Shown here: positions 8,315 through 15,675 of the stretch, one piece after another
How the letters are laid out: each line of letters begins with the position of its first letter
How positions within the stretch are numbered: the stretch's first letter is position 1
From: a virus
Length of the DNA: 64,000 nt
Direction: 5' to 3' (one strand)
Virus record (IMG/VR): IMGVR_UViG_3300032315_001657
Location: 1 to 64,000 of that record
Notes under the pieces: model-generated
The model's database searches: none
The model's input: only the letters and a program-made list of their open reading frames with translations
Told to the model about the DNA's origin: nothing
Made by a program: the position numbers and the translations under genes

Positions 8315-8388
8315 CGGGATGTGGCTCAATTTGGTAGAGCATCTGCTTTGGGAGCAGAGGGTTGCAGGTTCAAATCCTGTCATCCCGA
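8315..8388 (+). tRNA. tRNA-Pro(TGG)
   Basis: TCTGC-TTTGGGA-GCAGA; C1:G72, A73. Confidence 0.92.
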
Positions 8389-8398
8389 TACTTTAAAT

Positions 8399-8474
8399 GT
8401 TGCTCGTGGTGTAGCGGTCTAGCATTACTCACTGTGACTGAGTCGGGGCGGGTTCGAACCCCGTCGAGCAACCC
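8399..8474 (+). tRNA. tRNA-His(GTG)
   Basis: ACTCA-CTGTGAC-TGAGT; G-1:C73 pair. Confidence 0.9.
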
Positions 8475-8479
8475 TTTTT

Positions 8480-8567
8480 GGGCTAATCTTGTCAATGGAG
8501 CCGACATTCCACTTTGTAAGAGGTGGTTGAGATTGGCCCTGGAGCGTCGCGGGTAAACTTGCTCCAT
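8480..8567 (+). ncRNA. unassigned structured RNA inside the tRNA array
   Basis: 11-bp stem 8480-90/8529-39 enclosing two hairpins (one GTAA tetraloop), then a TGGAGC/GCTCCA hairpin. Confidence 0.45.
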
Positions 8568-8574
8568 AACTTTC

Positions 8575-8645
8575 GGGGAATTAGTTAAGTGGTATAACTC
8601 CTGATTTGCATTCAGGTGTCACCAGTTCGACTCTGGTATTCTCCA
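8575..8645 (+). tRNA. tRNA-Ala(TGC)
   Basis: CCTGA-TTTGCAT-TCAGG; G3:U70 identity pair. Confidence 0.92.
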
Positions 8646-8653
8646 AACTTTTA

Positions 8654-8735
8654 GCTCAATTGGCGTAATTGGCAGCCGCGCTAGACTTAGGATCTAGTTT
8701 CGTAAGAAGTGTGGGTTCGAGTCCCTCATTGAGCA
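8654..8735 (+). tRNA. tRNA-Leu(TAG)
   Basis: CTAGA-CTTAGGA-TCTAG; variable arm; A73. Confidence 0.9.
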
Positions 8736-8737
8736 TT

Positions 8738-8824
8738 GGAAGTGTGGCTGAGCGGTCTATAGCAGAAGTTTACTAAACTTCCGAGGTTTAATAGCCTCCG
8801 TGGGTTCGAATCCTACCACTTCCG
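8738..8824 (+). tRNA. tRNA-Ser(ACT)
   Basis: GAAGT-TTACTAA-ACTTC; long variable arm GAGGTTTAATAGCCTC; G73. Confidence 0.85.
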
Positions 8825-8842
8825 TTTTTAGAAAAATTTTAT

Positions 8843-8933
8843 GGGCAGATGGCTGAGCTGGTCTAAGGCGTCCGACTTGAAATCGGAAGTGGTTTTATCA
8901 CCACCGTGGGTTCGAATCCTACTCTGCCCGCCA
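8843..8933 (+). tRNA. tRNA-Ser(TGA)
   Basis: TCCGA-CTTGAAA-TCGGA; long variable arm; GCCA end. Confidence 0.92.
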
Positions 8934-8941
8934 TCTTTAAT

Positions 8942-9014
8942 TGCAGGGTCGACAAGTGGTTAAGTCAGTAGGCTCACAACCTACCATGCATGGGTTCAAA
9001 TCCCATCCCTGCTA
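8942..9014 (+). tRNA. initiator (fMet)-type tRNA body with CAC anticodon
   Basis: U1xU72 mismatch, G2:C71, C3:G70, A73, A11:U24, loop CTCACAA, TTCAAAT T loop. Confidence 0.75.
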
Positions 9015-9023
9015 TTTTTTAAT

Positions 9024-9097
9024 ACGTATATAGTGTAATGGTAGCACAATTCTCTCCAAAAGAATTTGTCAGGGTTCAAGTCCTTGTATACGTGCCA
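9024..9097 (+). tRNA. tRNA-Trp(CCA)
   Basis: ATTCT-CTCCAAA-AGAAT; GCCA end. Confidence 0.9.
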
Positions 9098-9102
9098 TTT
9101 TC

Positions 9103-9173
9103 GCCGCAGTAACATAAAAGTAATGTGTTAGTCTTCCAAACTAAAGAACTCGGGGCAGTACCGTGCTGCGGCA
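9103..9173 (+). tRNA. tRNA-Gly(TCC), non-canonical D/T loops
   Basis: TTAGT-CTTCCAA-ACTAA; T loop GGCAGTA; no D-loop GG. Confidence 0.75.
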
Positions 9174-9182
9174 TATTTTTAA

Positions 9183-9259
9183 GGAGTTGTAGCTCAGTTG
9201 GTTAGAGCATCTGACTGTCACTTAGAAGGTCGCGGGTTCGAGCCCCGTCAGCTCCGCCA
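9183..9259 (+). tRNA. tRNA-Asp(GTC)
   Basis: loop CTGTCAC; GCCA end. Confidence 0.93.
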
Positions 9260-9264
9260 TTTTT

Positions 9265-9339
9265 AGGACTGTAGCTCAGCGGAATTAGAGCATCTGAATA
9301 CGGATCAGAAGGTCAAAGGTTCAAATCCTTTCAGTCCTA
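9265..9339 (+). tRNA. tRNA-Arg(ACG)
   Basis: TCTGA-ATACGGA-TCAGA. Confidence 0.88.
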
Positions 9340-9376
9340 TACTTGTTTTTTATAGTTCACTAGCTATAATAATGGT

Positions 9377-10024
9377 ATGAACTCACAAGAACAGATAAAA
9401 GATTATTTTGTCAAATTATCCGAAACTTTAAGCAAACATTTCGGATCTCATACTAATAAAGAGTTACCGTTTCAAAAATTAGAACACGAATGGTTAAATT
9501 ATTTTTATAACTCTACTACTTTTAGACACATACATCTTGAGTACTATAAAACTGATAAAATTTGTGCTCTGCATTTAACAGTGATGCCTACACCATCTTT
9601 TGATTACCCTATTCTTGGTTTTGATATGATTGCTCTTGGAGATAAAATTACTGGGCTATTTTTTGATATAACACCAACAATTACACAATGTGTAAATTTA
9701 TCTCAAAATTTAATTGATTTAAATAAAGATATAAAATCAGTAAAAAGACCGCTGCCTGAATGGGCTGATATTTTTAGTAATAACTTTGTATGTGTATCTC
9801 CTGATGTAGATGAACTTCCTGTTATATTTGATAATGTTGTTTCTTGTATAACTAAATATATATCTCACTCAAAATCATTAGTAACTAAAAACATTGAAAT
9901 ACAAAACAAATATTGTCAAGGGCAAAAGAAAAATCAAAAGACATTTAAAGCTTTAATAGCCGAAGTTGGTAAAGAAAATGCTCAATTGTTCTTTGATGAT
10001 TATCTTTTTCCAGAAATAAAATAA
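9377..10024 (+). CDS. ferredoxin-dependent bilin reductase (PcyA/PcyX-like)
   Basis: FRHIHLE, LH...P...D.PILGFD, D.TP, RPLPEWADIFS, QNKYC..QKKN.KT. Confidence 0.8.
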   Translation: MNSQEQIKDYFVKLSETLSKHFGSHTNKELPFQKLEHEWLNYFYNSTTFRHIHLEYYKTDKICALHLTVMPTPSFDYPILGFDMIALGDKITGLFFDITPTITQCVNLSQNLIDLNKDIKSVKRPLPEWADIFSNNFVCVSPDVDELPVIFDNVVSCITKYISHSKSLVTKNIEIQNKYCQGQKKNQKTFKALIAEVGKENAQLFFDDYLFPEIK

Positions 10025-10037
10025 CCAAGCACATTAC

Positions 10038-10934
10038 ATGCTTAAAAAAATTAAATTAACATGTAATTGGTGTGATGATCAGTCTCTTTATGAGCGTTTT
10101 AAACGGGTTTATATTAGTAAGTTTAATGAAGATTCTGAATTTGAATTTACTAATTCAAATGAATATAATTTTTTAGTAATTATAAATTACTCTAGTTATG
10201 AAATAAATTTTCCTAAAGAAAGTACGTTGGGTATAATTTTAGAGCCAACCTGGAGACCCGAATTTGTTGAGTCGAAATGTTTAAAAGATCTGTGTCAACA
10301 TATTTTGTTTCATAAGCTACAAGAGGACTCTCAATTCATACAAATTTGTGGTTTGCTACCCTTTCATTTAGACTATAATGAAGGAGAAGATCTAGATTAT
10401 TATATCAATAGCTCTTTTTCAAACAGCAAAAACAAATTATGTAGTATCATAGTATCCCATTACGATGAAAATACTGCTCATAGCTATTTTAAACAATCGA
10501 AAGAATGTCTGTATTCTCAAAGAATGAATCTTGTTAGAAATATTTTGCAAACTGATTTAGATATTGATATCTACGGTAATTATTGGGAATATTCATCTAT
10601 TAAAGATCCAAGAATTAAGGGTAGTTTGTATAATAAAAAAGATGGTTTATTAAATTACAAATATTCAATCGCTATAGAGAACTGTATAGAAGAGGGATAC
10701 TTCACCGAAAAACTTACTGATTGTATTTTAACAGATACTATACCTATTTATTACGGTTGCCCGAACATTGAAAAATATTTTTCAGGTATACCGGTTCTAT
10801 CTAATTTAAATGATACAGATCTCATAAAAAAAGTAATCAATAGTAATACCTTTAAACCAATAAGAGATAAAAAAATATTAGCTACAAAATACAATCTGTA
10901 TAGTGCTATTATAAACTATTTTAAAAAAATATAA
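10038..10934 (+). CDS. glycosyltransferase family 10 (fucosyltransferase-like)
   Basis: YKYSIAIEN...GYFTEKLTDC...PIYYGCPNI. Confidence 0.8.
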   Translation: MLKKIKLTCNWCDDQSLYERFKRVYISKFNEDSEFEFTNSNEYNFLVIINYSSYEINFPKESTLGIILEPTWRPEFVESKCLKDLCQHILFHKLQEDSQFIQICGLLPFHLDYNEGEDLDYYINSSFSNSKNKLCSIIVSHYDENTAHSYFKQSKECLYSQRMNLVRNILQTDLDIDIYGNYWEYSSIKDPRIKGSLYNKKDGLLNYKYSIAIENCIEEGYFTEKLTDCILTDTIPIYYGCPNIEKYFSGIPVLSNLNDTDLIKKVINSNTFKPIRDKKILATKYNLYSAIINYFKKI

Positions 10935-10976
10935 AATTTGATAAATTAGTTATTTTTTGATATATATTAGAATAAT

Positions 10977-11945
10977 ATGTTTGTAAAACAGGCTTTAGAA
11001 AATGGTAGTAATTTGTACCCACTCTTTATTGATCCTGAACTTACATCGGGTACTGGTATAATGAACCCTTCGATCTTTGTTGATAAAGATCGCTTATTAC
11101 TAAATATTAGACATATAAATTATACCTTATTTCATTCAGAAAAAAAGGTAATAACTCACCCTTGGGGCCCAGTGCATTATGTACATCCGGAAAATGATAT
11201 GCATTTAACTACTGTTAACTATCTAGGGGTATTAAATGATGACTATACCTGGAAATATTATTCTCGGGTAGACACTTCCCTATTAGATAAAGAACCTATC
11301 TGGGAATTTATAGGTTTAGAAGACGGAAGAGTTGTCCGCTGGAACGATAAATTGTATTTAACAGGTGTTAGAAGAGACACTACAACTAACGGCCAGGGAC
11401 GAATGGAGTTATCAGAAATAGTAGAAGAAAATCAGACCTTTAAAGAAGTTTCTCGCAAAAGAATACCGGCTCCAGGAGATGATGGCTCGTATTGTGAAAA
11501 AAATTGGATGCCGGTGCTAGATAGACCCTTCGAGTATGTTAAGTGGTGTAACCCTACTCAAGTAGTTAGGGCCGGGTTAAATGATAATCCAACTATTGAA
11601 GTACATTTAGGGGAATATCAGTATCAAAATTGGGATTTTCGTGGTAGTTCTCAAATTGTGCCTTACAAAGATTATTATATTTGTATTGTACATACTTGTT
11701 ATCTTTATAAAAGTGCAACCGGGAGAAGGGATGCTAAATACCGGCATTTGTTTATAGTGTGGGACAAAAACTGGAATGTTATAAAGTATGGAGAACCCTT
11801 TTCTTTTTTAAACGGAGATATCGAATTTTGCTGCGGTATGTGTATTTGGAAGGATAAATTTTTAATTACTTTTGGTTTTCAAGACAATTCTTCATTTTTA
11901 TTAGAATGTCCAAAAGATTTTATAGAAGAGTTTTTATCGATATGA
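10977..11945 (+). CDS. beta-propeller glycoside hydrolase/phosphorylase-like protein
   Basis: NPSI, GLEDGRV, EKNWMP, RGSSQ, IEFC..G motifs. Confidence 0.6.
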   Translation: MFVKQALENGSNLYPLFIDPELTSGTGIMNPSIFVDKDRLLLNIRHINYTLFHSEKKVITHPWGPVHYVHPENDMHLTTVNYLGVLNDDYTWKYYSRVDTSLLDKEPIWEFIGLEDGRVVRWNDKLYLTGVRRDTTTNGQGRMELSEIVEENQTFKEVSRKRIPAPGDDGSYCEKNWMPVLDRPFEYVKWCNPTQVVRAGLNDNPTIEVHLGEYQYQNWDFRGSSQIVPYKDYYICIVHTCYLYKSATGRRDAKYRHLFIVWDKNWNVIKYGEPFSFLNGDIEFCCGMCIWKDKFLITFGFQDNSSFLLECPKDFIEEFLSI

Positions 11946-14890
11946 ATGAAGAAATTAGAAATATTTTAATGGGTAATTCTTTTTTAGAAAAGGAATACGT
12001 TTTTCCCTCTTTACCTGTTAATAAAAAATTTACTATTATAATACCCTATAGAGATAATTCTGAACAAAAACGTAAACAGCAATTAAAAATTCTAATACCC
12101 CATTTAGAGAACAAGCTAAAAAGTAAAAATGCTAACTTTAATATTATTGTTATAGAACAAAATAACTATAAAGAATTTAATAGGGGAGCTCTATTAAATG
12201 TTGGTGCTGATTTAGCACATAAATCAAATTCGTCTTATATAATTTTGCATGATGTAGATATACTACCTGATGATGATTTAATTGAATATTATTTAACAGA
12301 ACCTAAGACTGATGAAGTATGGCATATAGGTAAACAAATAACAAAGTACAAATATAATACTTTTTTTGGAGCCGCAAATAGTTTTTCTTTAAAAACCTTT
12401 AAAAAAATTAACGGTTACCCTAACAGTTTTTGGGGCTGGGGAGGAGAGGATGATTGTTTATTAATAAGATTTACTAATCTTAAGCATGCAAAAATTATTA
12501 GACCAAATAAGGGTAAGTATAAGGAACTACAAGTTGAGGTAATTCGACAAGACCCTTTAAGAGAAGAATTAAAAACAAAAAAAATTATAAATGACAAAAA
12601 AAATTGGACTAATGATGGTTTCAATCAAATAAGTTACGAAATTTTAAATACTAAAAATTTAAATTCCAATACTCAAAAACTTACAGTTAATTTATTATTA
12701 GATAAATTTAAAATTGACCCTCCAAAAGAGCAGGATATTTTTACAGAATTTGCATACAACACAGAAGATGCTGAATTAAACTTTAAATTAGGGTTACATT
12801 ATCATGGTATGAATCAGACTGCTTCAGCATTTAGTCATTATTATCGCTGTGCAGAAAGAACAACAGATGAGACATTGAGATATGAGTGTTTATTACGGTG
12901 TTATATGTGTTTTATGAGTCAGACAAATAGGGACTTTACAGCACTTCATTGCTTAAAACAAGCAGTTTGTTTATTGCCCGAGAGGCCTGAAGCTTATTTC
13001 TTAATAGCTAAACATTACGAAGATCATAAAGAATATTACGATTGTTATACATACTGTAACATAGCATTAAATCTATGTAATTTTAATCTCCCTAGTTTAA
13101 AAACTTGGGTCAATTACCCAGGCAAGTACGGTTTACTTTTTCAAAAAGCTATCTCGGGGTGGTGGTGGGATAAAATAGATGAAACATATGATATTTTAAC
13201 TGGGTTATTAACAGATTACCCGGATTTACCAGAAGAGTATAAAATCATAATAAAAAATAATTTAAAAAACTTTTATAAAGAGGCAAAATATAGATACACA
13301 TTACCCGAAGAAATTGTACAAACAAAAAATGTTATTGACTGTTTTAGTTTCTTTTCAGGATACGGAAAAGAAATGCTTGAGCTTAGATACAACATATTAA
13401 AAGATCATGTAGATTATTTTGTACTATGCGAGCTTAATACAACTCATACTGGCACATTAATAAAGCTAGAGGCAGCTAATTTAATAGAGCAGCTCGGCTT
13501 ACCTAAAGAAAAATTTATTATTATAAATTTAAATATTCCTGAAGAAGAAAACTTAGAGATACAGGAAATAGACCGGTTGAACTGTATGTGCGGTAATCAT
13601 GAAAATAAAGATTCTTTATACAGTCGAGTACGTGAAAGATTACAGAAAGATGCTATACAGCAAATTTATGATGTTTTTAATAATGATACAGTTTTTATAC
13701 ATAGTGATTTAGACGAAATTATTAACCCTAAATATCTTAAATGGTTTGCCGACCAAGCAAGAAGAACACCTGACAACATTATAAAGGTACCTCTTGTTTA
13801 TTTACAAGGAAGAGCTGATTTAAGAACATATTTTAAGGACTCTAATACCCCTGCTCCTTGGGATGATAATCTTTTTCTATGTCTCAAATCTCATTTACAA
13901 AATGCAAGTCCGACCCAAATAAGATCAAATAAATTTACCCCCTATAGTAATGTATACATTACACAAAATAATGAAATTGTTCGAGACGCTGGGTGGCATT
14001 TTTCATGGATGGGAAATTCTGATATTAAAAAAATAAAACAAAAATCGTTTATACATTATACTGATAAATTTGACTTTGTAGCGGGGGGTAGCTACAACAA
14101 TACTGAGCTTAATAATATTCTTAATGTAGAAGATTTAGAAAATAAAATACCTCCAAGCGGAGAAAAGGATAAAATTTTACAAAAATATAATGTTAATTTA
14201 TTACCTAATGAAATTTTTAAACTTGACAGAGTAAAGAAGTTTTTATTACCAAATTGTAAAGAAGTTAATTTTTTAGAAAATATACCAGATGTATTGCAAA
14301 ATATATATGGGTTTTGTAGTGTTAAAAAAGCTACAGTATTAATAGACTTAATAACAAAAAATAAATTACAAACGATTGTTGAAATAGGGGTGTTAGAAGG
14401 AAGCTCTCTTATGCCTCAGGCATTAGCCGTTAAGCAGGCTGGTTCAGGTAAAGTATATGGTATAGATCCTTGGTCTCAAGAAGAGTCTTTACAGTATACA
14501 AAAGATGAAAATCATAAAAATTATTGGGGCACTATTAATCATGATGTTTTTTATAACAACTTTTTAAATCACTTACAGAATTATAATGTTGAGGGGGTTG
14601 TTGAAGTTCTTAAGACTACTAGTAAAGAAGCATCTGAAAAATTTTTACCTAATACTATAGATTTGTTACATGTTGATGGTAATCATTCTGAAGAAAAAAG
14701 CTTTGAGGATGTTTGTTTATATTTACCTCTTGTAAAAAAAGGTGGTTTTATAGTATTTGACGATTTACATTGGGTAGATGGTGGTAAGAATACTACTCAT
14801 AAAGCTGCAAAATATCTACAACAACATTGTGCTGAAATAGAACAAATAACAGATGAGCTTGGAAATTTCTTTGTTATTTTTCAAAAGTAA
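11942..14890 (+). CDS. multidomain GT7 + TPR-like + GT17 + class I SAM methyltransferase
   Basis: IPYR, FNRG, HDVD, NGYPNSFWGWGGEDD (GT7); helical PERPEAY repeats; SDLDEI, GWHFSWMG (GT17); EIGV..G.S, LHVDGNH (Methyltransf_24); ATGA overlap at 11942. Confidence 0.8.
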   Translation: MNEEIRNILMGNSFLEKEYVFPSLPVNKKFTIIIPYRDNSEQKRKQQLKILIPHLENKLKSKNANFNIIVIEQNNYKEFNRGALLNVGADLAHKSNSSYIILHDVDILPDDDLIEYYLTEPKTDEVWHIGKQITKYKYNTFFGAANSFSLKTFKKINGYPNSFWGWGGEDDCLLIRFTNLKHAKIIRPNKGKYKELQVEVIRQDPLREELKTKKIINDKKNWTNDGFNQISYEILNTKNLNSNTQKLTVNLLLDKFKIDPPKEQDIFTEFAYNTEDAELNFKLGLHYHGMNQTASAFSHYYRCAERTTDETLRYECLLRCYMCFMSQTNRDFTALHCLKQAVCLLPERPEAYFLIAKHYEDHKEYYDCYTYCNIALNLCNFNLPSLKTWVNYPGKYGLLFQKAISGWWWDKIDETYDILTGLLTDYPDLPEEYKIIIKNNLKNFYKEAKYRYTLPEEIVQTKNVIDCFSFFSGYGKEMLELRYNILKDHVDYFVLCELNTTHTGTLIKLEAANLIEQLGLPKEKFIIINLNIPEEENLEIQEIDRLNCMCGNHENKDSLYSRVRERLQKDAIQQIYDVFNNDTVFIHSDLDEIINPKYLKWFADQARRTPDNIIKVPLVYLQGRADLRTYFKDSNTPAPWDDNLFLCLKSHLQNASPTQIRSNKFTPYSNVYITQNNEIVRDAGWHFSWMGNSDIKKIKQKSFIHYTDKFDFVAGGSYNNTELNNILNVEDLENKIPPSGEKDKILQKYNVNLLPNEIFKLDRVKKFLLPNCKEVNFLENIPDVLQNIYGFCSVKKATVLIDLITKNKLQTIVEIGVLEGSSLMPQALAVKQAGSGKVYGIDPWSQEESLQYTKDENHKNYWGTINHDVFYNNFLNHLQNYNVEGVVEVLKTTSKEASEKFLPNTIDLLHVDGNHSEEKSFEDVCLYLPLVKKGGFIVFDDLHWVDGGKNTTHKAAKYLQQHCAEIEQITDELGNFFVIFQK

Positions 14891-14905
14891 TATATACTAC
14901 CTAAT

Positions 14906-15172
14906 ATGCAGGAAATTGTTAAAGAGGTAGCAGGCATCATAATGACTTTATGTTTTATGTTTTGCTATATTCCACAGATTATTAAAATATACAAAAACAA
15001 ATCATCGGAAGGTGTCTCTCTAATGTTAATTTTAATGTGTATTGGAGGGTATGTTTCTGGAATGGTGTACTTATTTCTTGGAACTTTCGGACTTTGGTGG
15101 TTTATGAATTATTGTGTTGGGCTCATTATGTGCTCAATTCTTGTGTACGCTTGGTTTAAGTATAAGAAATAA
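14906..15172 (+). CDS. PQ-loop/SemiSWEET-like small membrane transporter
   Basis: three hydrophobic helices; YIPQIIKIYKNKSSEGVS. Confidence 0.75.
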   Translation: MQEIVKEVAGIIMTLCFMFCYIPQIIKIYKNKSSEGVSLMLILMCIGGYVSGMVYLFLGTFGLWWFMNYCVGLIMCSILVYAWFKYKK

Positions 15173-15173
15173 T

Positions 15174-15248
15174 GCGCGCGTAGCTTAGCGGTAGAGCAGG
15201 TCCTTTACACGGACAAGGTCGGGAGTTCAATCCTCTCCGCGCGTACCA
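15174..15248 (+). tRNA. tRNA-Val(TAC)
   Basis: loop TTTACAC; ACCA end. Confidence 0.92.
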
Positions 15249-15263
15249 TTCTTAAATAATGCT

Positions 15264-15626
15264 ATGAAAAGAGTAGTGACGATAGATTTTGACGAAACCC
15301 TTGCAACAGAAAAAAATATGGGTTGGGGTAAGTCTTTGGTTCCGTATCAAACTATTTTAGATTTAATAAACAAGGAACATAAACAAGGGTCTGAGATTCA
15401 TATTGTTTCTTTTAGATCTGAAAAAGAAAGACCAGAAGTTGAGCGTTTTGTTAGAATGTACAATCTACCTATTAAATCTATTGTTTGCACTAATCTACAA
15501 AGCAAAACGCCTTATCTTCTTAAGCTCAGTTCAAACCTTCATGTTGACGATATGAAGTTTGCTTTAGATGATGCTCAAGAGGCGGGCATAGAAACTCTTC
15601 ATTTTAAAGAAGGTAAATTTATTTAA
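15264..15626 (+). CDS. HAD-superfamily phosphatase-like protein
   Basis: IDFDETL motif I; K and HVDD motif IV. Confidence 0.7.
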   Translation: MKRVVTIDFDETLATEKNMGWGKSLVPYQTILDLINKEHKQGSEIHIVSFRSEKERPEVERFVRMYNLPIKSIVCTNLQSKTPYLLKLSSNLHVDDMKFALDDAQEAGIETLHFKEGKFI

Positions 15627-15675
15627 ATTTTTTTCTTGCAGTTCAGACTGAACTCCGTATAATGGTGAGTGCAAT

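Noticed and set aside
8009-8567. ORF-track entries 8009-8203, 8362-8556 and 8370-8567
   Set aside because: They overlap clear tRNA genes; spurious.
8475-8570. HDV-like (theta) or hammerhead ribozyme after tRNA-His
   Set aside because: I could not fit the nested double pseudoknot or the CUGANGA/GAAA core by eye; left as unassigned RNA.
8942-9014. Ordinary elongator tRNA-Val(CAC)
   Set aside because: The 1x72 mismatch, A11:U24 and fMet-like acceptor stem are initiator features; kept as initiator-like pending isotype scoring.
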